From an uncultured Chloroflexia bacterium (GTDB taxonomy: Bacteria; Chloroflexota; Anaerolineae; Anaerolineales; Anaerolineaceae), in the NCBI GenBank assembly GCA_963810385.1, contig CAWENA010000003.1, forward strand, positions 70,646 through 134,645: a stretch of DNA of 64,000 bases. The letters run 5' to 3'. Of the stretch, positions 18,657 through 29,211 are shown piece after piece. The translations under genes and the position numbers were made by a program. Within the stretch, counting starts at the first letter, position 1. Each line of letters begins with the position of its first letter. Under the pieces are notes generated by a model, which saw only the letters and a program-made list of their open reading frames with translations, was not told the DNA's origin and did no database searches.

Positions 18657-19874
18657 ATGGAAAAACCGGAAATCGATTCAGTGATTGCAAAATTCCCCGC
18701 GGATGTCCAGGGAGGCGTGAAAAATGTCTGGGACAGTCTTTCGGCTTCCGAGAAAGAGACTTTCATTACACTTGTAAAGAGTTTTCCGTCCAATTCCAAC
18801 CTCATGAAAGTTTTGATCAAATTATCGGCGGAACAGTTCAAGCAGGCGTTTGGAACCCTTTCCAAAGTAGCGATTGTTGGCCCCGCTAATGTGGGTAAAT
18901 CCACCCTCTATAACCAGTTGATCCATCAACGCAGCGACTTGGCGAAGGTCAGCCCGCTGCCGGGAACCACCCGCGTCAACCAGGAAGCAAATGCCGGAAT
19001 CTTCTCGATTGTGGATACACCAGGAGCAGACGCAGTCGGCGAGGTAGGCGAAATCGAAAAAGTGGAAGCGCTGCGGGCTGCAAAGGATGCCGATTTTCTC
19101 ATCATCCTGTTCGACTCTATCCAGGGGATAAAGAAGACAGAAAAAGAAATATTCGAAGAGCTGGCTGTTTTGGGTAAACCATTCATTGTCGCGTTGAACA
19201 AGATTGATCTGGTCAAGGCGGATAAGGTAGGTATTCAACAATTAACAGCTTCACATTTGGGACTGAAGGTTGAGCAGGTCATCCCCATCGCGGCGAAAAA
19301 TGGCGCAGGTTTGGACCAGCTGCTGATCGCCATCGCAGCTTCTGAACCGCGCATCGTGGCTGCCTTGGGCAAAGCCCTGCCTGAATACCGCTGGCGGCTG
19401 GCCTGGCGTAGCATCATTAGCGCTTCATCGCTATCTGCGGTAATTGCCCTCATCCCGCTGCCTGTCATCGATTTTGTGCCATTGACGGTCAATCAGACCA
19501 CCATGGTTCTGGGTATCGCCCGCATCTACAATTACAAGATCAACTTCCAGAGGGCGAAAGAACTGGTGGTTACCTTTGGATTGGGATTCCTGGGGCGTAC
19601 CCTCTTCCAGGAAATAAGTAAGCTGGGAGGGTTACCCGGTTGGCTGCTCTCCGCCGCAATAGCTGCCTCCACAACCGTTGTGATGGGTTACGCGGCTGCC
19701 CAGTGGTTTGAAAAAGGTGAAAAGGTATCGGCCGAATCACTCAACCGGATGACCCGTGATGTCACTGCCAAACTGTTAGAGTCATTAAAAGGTTTGGGAA
19801 AGAAACGACCGGACAAAAAGAAACTGCGGGATTCTGTCGCTGAATCACTGCAGGAGATCAAGCTCGAAGATTAA
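18657..19874 (+). CDS. GTP-binding protein with a C-terminal membrane-associated (DUF697-like) domain
   Basis: G1 GPANVGKST, G3 DTPG, G4 NKIDL. Hydrophobic C-terminal half. Confidence 0.8.
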   Translation: MEKPEIDSVIAKFPADVQGGVKNVWDSLSASEKETFITLVKSFPSNSNLMKVLIKLSAEQFKQAFGTLSKVAIVGPANVGKSTLYNQLIHQRSDLAKVSPLPGTTRVNQEANAGIFSIVDTPGADAVGEVGEIEKVEALRAAKDADFLIILFDSIQGIKKTEKEIFEELAVLGKPFIVALNKIDLVKADKVGIQQLTASHLGLKVEQVIPIAAKNGAGLDQLLIAIAASEPRIVAALGKALPEYRWRLAWRSIISASSLSAVIALIPLPVIDFVPLTVNQTTMVLGIARIYNYKINFQRAKELVVTFGLGFLGRTLFQEISKLGGLPGWLLSAAIAASTTVVMGYAAAQWFEKGEKVSAESLNRMTRDVTAKLLESLKGLGKKRPDKKKLRDSVAESLQEIKLED

Positions 19875-20002
19875 GAAAGCCTTCAGCTAGTGCATCCTTA
19901 GTCAAAGTACTTTGATATGATCTTCGACAACTTTTGTAATGCTGTGGATTATTGTTCGGATACTTATGAGCGATAATTCTATTATCCAATATTTAATCAG
20001 GA

Positions 20003-20680
20003 TCACCGGGTGATTTCATTCAAATAATTAAGGAATGGCTTCATCCTGCGGCAGGCGGTCAATATCCGAGAGCCAAAATCTACATCTGCTACTTCTGAAT
20101 CTGAATATCGGTGAATGGCTGTGACCTGCTTGAGTTGCAGCAAAGCAATTTCAGGATGGGTTCGGTCATATCCCCTTGGATTTGTCTTAAGTCTCTCTCC
20201 TTGAATTTCTCCAAAGGTTTCCTGAAAATCTGCTGAGCGGGCGATTTTCTTTAATGAATGTGCATCTTTGTCGATCGCCTCGCGAAAAAGGGTCAACTGT
20301 TCAGTGGTTGGGTTGTGCAGACCACCAGCTATCATTGATTTCCCGCCTGGCTCAAGGGATATATAGTAACCAAAAGCAGATGCATTCCATCCGCCAGGCG
20401 TGATCATTGCCCCAAAATTCGTTTTGTAAGGCGATTTGTCTTTTGAGAATCGAATATCACGATAAATTCGGCTGAGACAAAGTCTTGCCGAAAGATCCTT
20501 AAGTTGATCAGATGCTCGCAATTCATCAATGACCGGATCAATCAACTTTTCGAAATTGGCCACGGCGGCGTTGTAGTTTGTGCGATGCGCTTCAAACCAG
20601 CCTTTGTTATTATTTTGCTTTAACTCTTTAAGAAAAATGAGTATAGAGACTGGATTATTGTCCAACATAAATACCTCCAT
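20003..20680 (-). CDS. DUF2461 (TIGR02453-like) family protein
   Basis: NNNKGWFEAHRTNY and RIYRDIRFSKDKSPYK are typical of this family. Confidence 0.75.
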   Translation of the reverse strand: MEVFMLDNNPVSILIFLKELKQNNNKGWFEAHRTNYNAAVANFEKLIDPVIDELRASDQLKDLSARLCLSRIYRDIRFSKDKSPYKTNFGAMITPGGWNASAFGYYISLEPGGKSMIAGGLHNPTTEQLTLFREAIDKDAHSLKKIARSADFQETFGEIQGERLKTNPRGYDRTHPEIALLQLKQVTAIHRYSDSEVADVDFGSRILTACRRMKPFLNYLNEITR

Positions 20681-21058
20681 TTTGTGCCCCTGAAATATTT
20701 CTCTGTATTAGACAATGATATATCTATAGCGTCTTCTTGGTAATGAGAGGTGTATAACTTTTTGGCTTTATGGCAGTATTGGGGAAGAGGTCTTTTAAAG
20801 GTCAAACTGCAGGAGGGGATAAGTTTTCATGACAAAAATAATATCTTATTCCATTACAAAAAATCCTTTAACTATATACAAATTTCAGTGAAATTGCTGT
20901 GTAAATATATTACATCAATATTCATTTCTAACCTTATAATTTATGCAGTTCAAGATATTACCAATAAGAATTAAGATCTGCTTGGTCCGCCTGTTTGGTA
21001 AGAGTGAAAATCTCGCAAGAGGATCACACACACATCATTTCGGAGCTGGAAGAATAAC

Positions 21059-22207
21059 ATGACATCTGACAAAATCGCAAAACGCGCACTCCAATCTCCC
21101 GCTGGAAAGGCAGGACGAATTATGTTGATCGCTATCGTCTCCGTGGTGCTGCTCATCCTCATATTAGTTGGCAGCCTTTGGATCATAAGCCCCGGAAAAC
21201 CTGCCCCATTCCTGGATAAAAGCGGAAAAACACTGGCAGGCAGTATCTCAGAGAAAGTTTTTATAGAAATTAATGGCGTGAAACAGGGCATGTTCATCAA
21301 GGGCAGGAATGTAGCAAACCCGGTGCTGCTCTACCTGCATGGCGGAATGCCGGATTACTTTCTGACAAAAAAATACCCAACAGGCTTGGAGGATTATTTC
21401 ACGGTGGTCTGGTGGGAACAACGCGGGTCTGGTATCTCTTATAGCGCCGATATTTCGCCGGCGACGATGACGGAAGAACAGATGATCTCTGACGCGTTGG
21501 AAGTGACAAATTACCTGCGAAACCGCTTCGGCAAAGAAAAGATCTACCTGATGGGGCATTCCGGGGGAACCTTCATCGGTATTCAGGCGGCTGCCCGGGC
21601 ACCGGAGTTGTACCATGCTTACATTGGCGTTGCCCAGATGTCGGATCAACTCGGTTCTGAAATCCTGGCATATAACTATATGCTTGAGCGCTTCAAGTCG
21701 GATGGCAACACCAAAATGGTCCAAAAACTGGAAGTTGCCCCTGTGACACGGACAGGCGGCACACCGGATGCCTATCGTTTGGTGCGCGACACAGCCATGC
21801 ACAGCCTTGGCATTGGCACCACCCGCGACATGGATTCTGTGATCACTGGAATCTTCCTGCCCTCACTGGCAAGCCGGGATTATTCCTTTATGGAAAAGGT
21901 GAACATGTGGCGCGGCAAATCTCAATCCGGAGTTGCCACTTTATGGAGTATGATGTTGACTACAGACCTGGCAAAAAAAGTGCCAGAATTGGATATACCG
22001 GTTTATTTCTTTGAAGGGATCTATGATTACACTTGTAATTACTCTTTGGCGAAGGACTACTTTGAGATTATCAAGGCTCCGGTAAAAGGCTTTTATACCT
22101 TTGATCAATCCGCGCACAGCCCCATTTTTGAAGAACCCGCCAAGGTGCAGCAGATCATCCGCGATGATGTGCTGCAAGGGGAGAATAACCTGGCAGATGT
22201 GAAGTAG
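21059..22207 (+). CDS. Alpha/beta hydrolase (prolyl aminopeptidase-like) with N-terminal TM anchor
   Basis: LYLHGG oxyanion region, GHSGG nucleophile elbow, C-terminal SAH. Confidence 0.8.
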   Translation: MTSDKIAKRALQSPAGKAGRIMLIAIVSVVLLILILVGSLWIISPGKPAPFLDKSGKTLAGSISEKVFIEINGVKQGMFIKGRNVANPVLLYLHGGMPDYFLTKKYPTGLEDYFTVVWWEQRGSGISYSADISPATMTEEQMISDALEVTNYLRNRFGKEKIYLMGHSGGTFIGIQAAARAPELYHAYIGVAQMSDQLGSEILAYNYMLERFKSDGNTKMVQKLEVAPVTRTGGTPDAYRLVRDTAMHSLGIGTTRDMDSVITGIFLPSLASRDYSFMEKVNMWRGKSQSGVATLWSMMLTTDLAKKVPELDIPVYFFEGIYDYTCNYSLAKDYFEIIKAPVKGFYTFDQSAHSPIFEEPAKVQQIIRDDVLQGENNLADVK

Positions 22208-22426
22208 ATGCTGTTAAATGAATGTGAATCGATGAGAGATCTATGATTGCCAGATCCATTTCATATAGGAAGATTGGTTTGACGTTATCGTCTTCCCGTT
22301 CATACCGCTGATGTTTTACCATAAGATGTGATCCTGGAATTGACTTAAATACCGATTGAATCTCTCAAGACCATGGATGGGATGTATGATTCCCCAATCT
22401 AAAACGATGATACTAAAATCAACTCT

Positions 22427-23383
22427 ATGATCGAGCCGCCGATGAACCAAACGAAGCAAGCCACCTCTCCGAAAGGATTTCCCATCGCATTGTTGAGTGC
22501 GGTCTTCCTTTCCACCACTGCTATCTTAGTGAAGCACCTCGCCGAAGTGTACGGCCTGCCCCCCATCATTCTTTCTTTCTGGCGCGCGTTATTCATGGCC
22601 TTAGTGCTCCTGGTCATCCTGGGGCTGGTCCGGCCGGTGCTGCTGCGAGTCTCCAGGATGCAACTCATCTTCCTCTTCGCTTTTGGTTTTGTGCTTTCCA
22701 TCTTCAATTCGTTGTGGACTCTTTCGATTTCCATCAACGGCGCTTCCATCGGGACGGTGCTGGTGTACTGCTCAGCGGCTTTCACGGCTCTGTTGGGATG
22801 GCGGTTCCTCAAGGAGAAACTGACCTGGATCAAGGGTGTGGTGATCGTCCTGTGCCTGGCCGGGTGCGTGCTGGTGGCGGATGCTTTGAACGCGGCCGCC
22901 TGGCGGGTGAACCCGGTCGGTATTCTCACCGGCATCGGGTCTGGCCTGCTCTATGCTATCTACACCATGATGGGGCGCTCTGCCTCCAACCGCGGATTGA
23001 ATCCTTGGACAACTCTCCTTTATACCTTCGGGTTCGGGGCGGTGTGGCTGCTTGGCATTGACCTGCTGGGCAACGGTGTGCTGCCTGGCACCGCACCCGG
23101 TCTGGCCGGGTTAATGCACCTCGGTACCAATTGGACGGGTTGGCTGATCCTGTTCATCCTTGCGGCGATCCCGTCTGTGGCGGGGTTCGGGCTTTTAAAT
23201 CTCAGCCTGACGATGATGCCATCCAACGTTGTGAACCTGATCGTGACCACTGAGCCGGCATTCACATCACTTTGGGCATATTTTCTATTGGCAGAACGAT
23301 TTACAACCATTCAGATTTTCGGAAGCCTGATGATCGTTTCAGGGGTAATTATTTTGCGGGTTTTCGAAGGCAAGCAGGAATAA
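22427..23383 (+). CDS. EamA/DMT-family transporter
   Basis: About 10 TM segments arranged as two EamA-like halves. Confidence 0.85.
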   Translation: MIEPPMNQTKQATSPKGFPIALLSAVFLSTTAILVKHLAEVYGLPPIILSFWRALFMALVLLVILGLVRPVLLRVSRMQLIFLFAFGFVLSIFNSLWTLSISINGASIGTVLVYCSAAFTALLGWRFLKEKLTWIKGVVIVLCLAGCVLVADALNAAAWRVNPVGILTGIGSGLLYAIYTMMGRSASNRGLNPWTTLLYTFGFGAVWLLGIDLLGNGVLPGTAPGLAGLMHLGTNWTGWLILFILAAIPSVAGFGLLNLSLTMMPSNVVNLIVTTEPAFTSLWAYFLLAERFTTIQIFGSLMIVSGVIILRVFEGKQE

Positions 23384-23391
23384 GAAAATCA

Positions 23392-23886
23392 TCAGAGATC
23401 GTTGCGACTGGCCCAAAATGACCGTTGTATCATTTCGGGGTCACGCGCAGCAGCTGTACATAGTTTACCCGGGTGCGGGCGGATGCCAACGCGGCCAAGG
23501 TCAAGGCGGTCGGAATCCCAACAGGTCATAACCGTCGGGTCGGCTTTGGTCATGCCGAAGGTGTGGCGCTGGACGGCAAATTCAAGCAGTTTCAGGTCAC
23601 TTTCAGCAAGGTGCAGATAGTCTGGCTGCAAAACTCCCACGATCAGCTTTGCTGCTCTGACGCCGTGGAAAAGGTCAACATCTTCATCTACCCGGCAGAC
23701 ATCATGCAGGAAAGCAAAATACTTCACCACTTCCATATTCGCGCCAGTTGAGCGCGACAATTCCTCGCCAATTTTCCAGACACGGACCCAATGATTCAGC
23801 CCGTGTGTGCCATTCAAATTGAGGAGATATTGGTCTAGGACCGCTTTTGCAAGCGGTGCAGGGAGGAATTCATCTAATTCTGGCAA
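23392..23886 (-). CDS. HD-domain protein
   Basis: HGLNHW ... FLHD metal-binding pattern. Confidence 0.6.
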   Translation of the reverse strand: MPELDEFLPAPLAKAVLDQYLLNLNGTHGLNHWVRVWKIGEELSRSTGANMEVVKYFAFLHDVCRVDEDVDLFHGVRAAKLIVGVLQPDYLHLAESDLKLLEFAVQRHTFGMTKADPTVMTCWDSDRLDLGRVGIRPHPGKLCTAAARDPEMIQRSFWASRNDL

Positions 23887-23893
23887 AATTAAT

Positions 23894-24667
23894 CTACCAT
23901 TCCCACTTTTTTAGAGTATCCAGCATGTGATGGGCGGTCAGGTCAAGCTGGATGGGTGTGATGGATACATAGCCTTCCTGCAGGGTGCCAAATTCGGTAA
24001 ACTCATCTGCAACTCCAGTAGGTGTGTCGCCGCCGATCCAGTAATAGGGACGGCCGCGCGGGTCCTGGCGGCGGATGAGCTCGTCACGATAGATGCGCAG
24101 ACCCTGGCGGGTGACGCGATAGCCTTTGATCTCATCATCCTGCCCATAAGGGATGTTCACGTTGATCACTACATCCACGGGGAAGCCGTACTGCCCGTGC
24201 AGTTGAACCACCTTTGCCGCCACACGGGCAGCAGGGTTGAAATCGATGTGGTTGTGGTAATTATCGGGACGATCCAGCGAAAAGGCGATGCCGGCTATAC
24301 CGGAAATGGCGGCTTCCATGGCCGCGGTCACGGTGCCTGAATAAGTGACGTCATGCCCGATGTTGGCGTTGGGGTTTATGCCCGAGACGACCAGGTCGAT
24401 CTTCTCCGGGAAGAAACCAAGCGATGCCAGGGCGACGCAATCTGATGGAGCGCCGTCGCTGCACCAGGCAGGGGTGCCATCCGAGAGATGAGTTTCGCGT
24501 ACACGAAGCGGGCGGTCCAGGGTTTTAACATGTCCTGAAGCCGACCAGTTCCGGTCCGGTGCGAGGATGGTCACCTTGCCCAGCTTTTTCATCTCCTGCG
24601 CCAGGGCAAGCAACCCCGGAGCGTTGATGCCATCATCGTTGGTGACTAAAATGTGTCTTTCTGCCAT
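23894..24667 (-). CDS. surE: 5'/3'-nucleotidase SurE
   Basis: ILVTNDDGINAPG and GINPNANIGHDVTYSGTV. Confidence 0.9.
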   Translation of the reverse strand: MAERHILVTNDDGINAPGLLALAQEMKKLGKVTILAPDRNWSASGHVKTLDRPLRVRETHLSDGTPAWCSDGAPSDCVALASLGFFPEKIDLVVSGINPNANIGHDVTYSGTVTAAMEAAISGIAGIAFSLDRPDNYHNHIDFNPAARVAAKVVQLHGQYGFPVDVVINVNIPYGQDDEIKGYRVTRQGLRIYRDELIRRQDPRGRPYYWIGGDTPTGVADEFTEFGTLQEGYVSITPIQLDLTAHHMLDTLKKWEW

Positions 24668-24668
24668 G

Positions 24669-24968
24669 TTATATTCTTTCCTGCCACCGGATAAATTCTG
24701 GCTGCATTTTTAATGGATTGAATTCGATGAACCGGTAATCTGCAAGCTCTTTTTGCATATATGGCCCACGCGCGAAGAATTGAGTCAGAGAGTCAACGGA
24801 TTCCGCTTTTACAATGGCTATCCCGCCGATCCGTGGCTCACGGGGACCTGCGGCCAGCACCCAGCCCTGTGCCATCCCTACGTCCAGCAGCTTGCGATGT
24901 TCCATAATTTCCGTCTCCATCTGCTGCCAGGGGACCCGGTATGTGATCTCTACTATAAATGTTTTCAT
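24669..24968 (-). CDS. YciI-like protein
   Basis: 99-aa alpha+beta protein with a YciI-like pattern (GPR..GG.AIV, P). Weak motif evidence. Confidence 0.6.
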   Translation of the reverse strand: MKTFIVEITYRVPWQQMETEIMEHRKLLDVGMAQGWVLAAGPREPRIGGIAIVKAESVDSLTQFFARGPYMQKELADYRFIEFNPLKMQPEFIRWQERI

Positions 24969-24979
24969 CGTCCCATAGC

Positions 24980-27900
24980 TTAATGGCGATGGCGCCGCTT
25001 ACCTTTTTTTTCTTGTCCAACCGGCTGTTCCACGGCTTCAACCATCGGCAGAGGCGCTGCAGAGGCGTCATCCTGAACAGATTGGACCACCTGGCGTGGA
25101 CGGTAGGTAAAGGCGCGAGTGATGACCCCGGCGCGGATGTCGCGCAACAGGACGGTGAATAGTTCTGAAGCGCGGCTCTTGTATTGAACCAATGGGTCGC
25201 GCTGGGCATAAGCTTCGAGGCCAATGGAGACGCGCAGCGCTTCAACACGGGTGAGATATTCAACCCATAACTCTGATATGACAGATAGCAGCAGGTGCCG
25301 GTTGATCTCGTTCATCACCTGTTCACCAATGACAAAGCGGGCAGTCTCCTTGCTTTCTTCGGGCCATTCTGCCAGCGGAATCTGCATCAGGCGGGCGGCT
25401 TCCTCTTCCCCCACTTCCACGCCGAAGCGTTTGGTAAAGGTTTCGCCCGGCAAAAGATTCATCTGCGTAAAGCGGGTCCACTCGCTCTGTCCCCACATCT
25501 CACGCATTGAATCGATGGCGCGGCTGAGGTGCTCAAGGACTTCCGGTGTGGTGTTGGCAGCGTTTTGATCCCGCATCATTTTGGCTGCGAGGTATATATA
25601 ATGCAGTCGGGTGGTGGGCATCCAGGCTTGCTTGTGGGTTTTTTTGTCGAACACCATGCGCGCGCCGCGCGTCATCACTTCCATCATCTGGATGGCAAGA
25701 TTTTCGCTTACGGGCGGTTTGTTCAGGCGGTCGATGGCGGTATTGATGTCACGAATGATCTGGCCATTTTCACCGAACAATTTCGCGCGATTGCGTTTGA
25801 AGAGTTCCTCGACCTGGCGCATCAATTCATCGGAGACATCGTTCCAATCCTTGTTCTGCAGGTCCGCCGCTTTGATCGGCAGGTTGTCTTCCAGGCGGCG
25901 GTCGAAAGCCATGATGAGGCGCGTGATGGTGAGTCCGGTGAGCAGGTTGATGATCTGCTCTTCCAGGGGTGCTTTCAGATCCTCGGGGGAATTCGCCAGC
26001 AGTTTCATCTGGTCATTGTTTAATCGAACAGGGATGCCGATGGCAGCTCCCAATTCATCCAACAGTTCGACTGGCCGACGAACATCGGTCTCGTCCCGGT
26101 CGCGCAGGGCGTCAAAAAAGGTTTCCAATCCATCCACGCGTTCGGTGATCTGGTTCTCCAGTGAGAGCTGCTGGGTTTCGATAATACTCCGGGCGGAATC
26201 CACCAATCGCTCCTGCTCGGCATCAAAGGCTTCTTCGGCGATCTGCAGCAGGGACGCTTTCATCGAGGCGTGGTCGCCATCCAGGTCAACGCGGTCCAGT
26301 AGCAGGCGCTGGGTATAGGTTGGATAAAATTCCGAGCCGTACATGATGGCAGGTTGGACGCTTTCAAGATAAGCCAGCAAACGCCACGGGCCTTCCTCAT
26401 CTTTGAGGGCTTCGGGGATGCGTTTGGTGAGTTCGTCGCGGAAGATCTCTGTGACATCCTCGCTCAAGTTCTCCTTGGAGAAAACCCGGTTGCGCTGACC
26501 GTAGATGCGTTCACGCTGGCTGTTCAATACATCATCGTATTCAAGCAAGTGCTTGCGGATGTCAAAGTTGGCGCCTTCGACGCGGGTCTGGGATTGCTCC
26601 ACCAGCCGCCCCACGATACCGCTTTCGATCGGGAGCGATTCGTCCAGTTTGAGACGGCCCATCAGGTCTTCGACCTGACCGCCGCCGAACAGCCGCATCA
26701 ATTCATCCTGCAGGGAGAGGTAGAAACGCGAAGAACCGGGGTCGCCCTGTCGGGCGGCACGGCCGCGCAACTGGTTATCGATGCGGCGGGCTTCATGGCG
26801 TTCCGAGCCTATGACGTGCAATCCACCCAGGTCGCGGACAGACTCCATGTTGTCCATATACTCCAGAACAACTTGCACACCGGCTTCATAGATTCCGTAA
26901 TCGTCAGGTGTCAGTTTTCGCAGGGCTTCCCGGCGGATTTCCATCGTCATGCTGTAAGGATCATCCACGCCGGCCTTGACAAGCGCGCGGTTGGCGTCGC
27001 GCAAGTCTGCCCCATCGAGTTCGCCGCCGAGTTTGATATCGACACCACGGCCGGCCATATTGGTGGCAATGGTCACGGAGCCAAAGGCGCCTGCCTCGGC
27101 GATGATCCTGGATTCCTCGTCGTGGCGGCGGGCGTTCAAAACCTGGTGGGGTACACCGGCCTGGATCACAGTTGCCAATCGCTCGCCGGACTCGGGGGAA
27201 AGCTCCAGAATGCTGAGCAGGCCTGCCAGGTTTTCAGGGTCTTCCGGGTTGAACGAGATCTCCAACTGGCGGGCCAACTGGCGCATCTCGTTGGTGTTCA
27301 GTTCGTCAATGGGTTTGTTCAGGAACAGCAGTTCTTCGATCTCGCGTTCATCGCCTTCGCGCTTGTTCTTCACCAGCCATGTTTGGCGCAGCAGCAGGGT
27401 GAGCAATAAGCGGCGAACAGGTTCCGCCTTCAAACGCAATGACAGGCGTTCTGAATGTTCGACCGAGGTTGTGCCAACCAACTGCGGCCGCCCGATGACG
27501 TAGAAACGCACAATCTCCTGAGTGATGGCGCGCAGTTTGGCTTCCTCGGTTCGATACACAACATCCGGGAAATCCTGCCGGCGCCAGAATACGGGAACCT
27601 TTTCATCTCCATCGCGGCGGGCATAATAGGAGTATTTGTAACCTTTGGAATCCTTGTCGTGGATCTCGATGAGCGGGCTGTTCTCACGGGTGGCGTTATA
27701 TTCCAGGTTCATCGGGATGGGGAGGACGTCCAGTTTATAGATCTTGGCGAACTCCTCGGCTTCGGTGAGCGCGGTACCGGTCATACCGGAAAGTTTTTCA
27801 TACATGCGGAAGTAGTTCTGCAGGGTGATGGTGGCATAGGTGACGTTCTCAGCCTCGACCTTGACGCCTTCCTTGGCTTCGACCGCCTGGTGAAGTCCAT

Positions 27901-28990
27901 CGGACCAGCGGCGGCCGGGCATGAGGCGCCCGGTGAATTCATCTACAATGACGACCTTGCCGCCCTGCACCAGGTATTCCTTGTTCTTTTTGTAGAGATA
28001 CTGGGCACGCAGGGACTGCTCCAGGAAGCCAAGCAAGGATTCTTGTTCGGGGGTGCTGTCTTCCGGGCGGTCCGGATCACCAAGGGACTGCCCGAGGATC
28101 ATTTCCACGTGGACGAGTCCGGCTTCGGTCAGGCTGACGGCGTGATCCTTCTCGTTGATCTCGTAATCTTCCGGGTTCAACTGTTTGACGACCCCGGCCA
28201 TGCGCTGGTACTGCTCGGCGCTTTCGGCGGCGGGGCCGGAGATGATGAGCGGGGTTCGGGCTTCATCGATGAGGATGTTATCGACCTCATCCACGATGGA
28301 ATAGTGATGCCCGCGCTGCACCCGATCTTCGAGGCGCATGGAGGTGTTATCGCGCAGATAGTCGAAGCCGAATTCGCTGTTGGTGCCGTAGGTCATATCC
28401 GCCAGGTAAGCTTCCTGTCGGGGAACCAGGCGCAGTTGATGCTGGTCTTCGTGGGGCGATTCTTTTTCGAGGTCTACAATGAAAGCCATGCGGCCGTTCT
28501 CGGTGCGGTTGGCCATTTGCAAAACGCCGACGGACATTCCCAGGGCGGCAAAAACAGGCGCCATCCAGCGCGCATCCCGGCGGGCGAGGTAATCGTTGAC
28601 TGTGACGAGGTGGGTGCCTTTGCCGGTGAGGGCATTGAGGTAGAGCGGCAGGGTGGCAACGAGGGTTTTACCCTCGCCGGTGCGCATCTCGGCGATGCGT
28701 CCGCTATGGAGGGTGATTCCGCCGACCATCTGCACATCGTAATGACGCAGCCCGATGGTCCGTTTGGAGGCTTCACGCACAGCCGCGAAGGCTTCCGGCA
28801 GCAGTTCATCGAGGGTTTCACCTTCTGCCAGGCGCTCTTTGAATTCGATCGTCTTGGCTTTCAGTTCTTCGAGCGAGAGCTTTTCGTAATCGCTTTCCAA
28901 TGCGTTGATCTCGTCAACGGTCAGGATCATGCGGTCAATTTCTTTTTTGTTCGGGTCGCCGCCCAGGACGCGGATGATATTCTGGAACAT
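24980..28990 (-). CDS. secA: Preprotein translocase ATPase SecA, unusually long at 1336 aa
   Basis: MRTGEGKT Walker A, DEVDNILIDEARTPLIISG, RGRAARQGDPGSSRFYLSLQDELMR, LWVEYLTRVEALRVSIGLEAYAQRDPLVQYK. Large extra segments are present; see the finding at 24980-28990. Confidence 0.95.
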   Translation of the reverse strand: MFQNIIRVLGGDPNKKEIDRMILTVDEINALESDYEKLSLEELKAKTIEFKERLAEGETLDELLPEAFAAVREASKRTIGLRHYDVQMVGGITLHSGRIAEMRTGEGKTLVATLPLYLNALTGKGTHLVTVNDYLARRDARWMAPVFAALGMSVGVLQMANRTENGRMAFIVDLEKESPHEDQHQLRLVPRQEAYLADMTYGTNSEFGFDYLRDNTSMRLEDRVQRGHHYSIVDEVDNILIDEARTPLIISGPAAESAEQYQRMAGVVKQLNPEDYEINEKDHAVSLTEAGLVHVEMILGQSLGDPDRPEDSTPEQESLLGFLEQSLRAQYLYKKNKEYLVQGGKVVIVDEFTGRLMPGRRWSDGLHQAVEAKEGVKVEAENVTYATITLQNYFRMYEKLSGMTGTALTEAEEFAKIYKLDVLPIPMNLEYNATRENSPLIEIHDKDSKGYKYSYYARRDGDEKVPVFWRRQDFPDVVYRTEEAKLRAITQEIVRFYVIGRPQLVGTTSVEHSERLSLRLKAEPVRRLLLTLLLRQTWLVKNKREGDEREIEELLFLNKPIDELNTNEMRQLARQLEISFNPEDPENLAGLLSILELSPESGERLATVIQAGVPHQVLNARRHDEESRIIAEAGAFGSVTIATNMAGRGVDIKLGGELDGADLRDANRALVKAGVDDPYSMTMEIRREALRKLTPDDYGIYEAGVQVVLEYMDNMESVRDLGGLHVIGSERHEARRIDNQLRGRAARQGDPGSSRFYLSLQDELMRLFGGGQVEDLMGRLKLDESLPIESGIVGRLVEQSQTRVEGANFDIRKHLLEYDDVLNSQRERIYGQRNRVFSKENLSEDVTEIFRDELTKRIPEALKDEEGPWRLLAYLESVQPAIMYGSEFYPTYTQRLLLDRVDLDGDHASMKASLLQIAEEAFDAEQERLVDSARSIIETQQLSLENQITERVDGLETFFDALRDRDETDVRRPVELLDELGAAIGIPVRLNNDQMKLLANSPEDLKAPLEEQIINLLTGLTITRLIMAFDRRLEDNLPIKAADLQNKDWNDVSDELMRQVEELFKRNRAKLFGENGQIIRDINTAIDRLNKPPVSENLAIQMMEVMTRGARMVFDKKTHKQAWMPTTRLHYIYLAAKMMRDQNAANTTPEVLEHLSRAIDSMREMWGQSEWTRFTQMNLLPGETFTKRFGVEVGEEEAARLMQIPLAEWPEESKETARFVIGEQVMNEINRHLLLSVISELWVEYLTRVEALRVSIGLEAYAQRDPLVQYKSRASELFTVLLRDIRAGVITRAFTYRPRQVVQSVQDDASAAPLPMVEAVEQPVGQEKKGKRRHRH

Positions 28991-29211
28991 AGTTTTCCTT
29001 CAAAATGTGTTTAAATACAGCTGGATTATACTATAGCGGTATTAATGTAATATAAGATGATGCAGGGTTGGGGGAAGAGTGGAAACAACCCGATTGGCAA
29101 TAAAATAGGCAGTTTGTAGGGTGCGATTCTAACGCACCAAATATTATCCGATATATAATTTAGTCATGCCGGAATACCCAAGAACCACAAACCAGGGAGG
29201 AATATTTTTTC

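Noticed and set aside
25224-29014. Long plus-strand ORFs inside the secA region (e.g. 27455-29014 at 519 aa, 26354-27409 at 351 aa, 25611-26318 at 235 aa)
   Set aside because: They lie antisense to an unambiguous SecA coding sequence. Their translations are low-complexity (rich in G/A/V/R/F) with no recognisable motifs. This is typical of shadow ORFs opposite a GC-rich gene.
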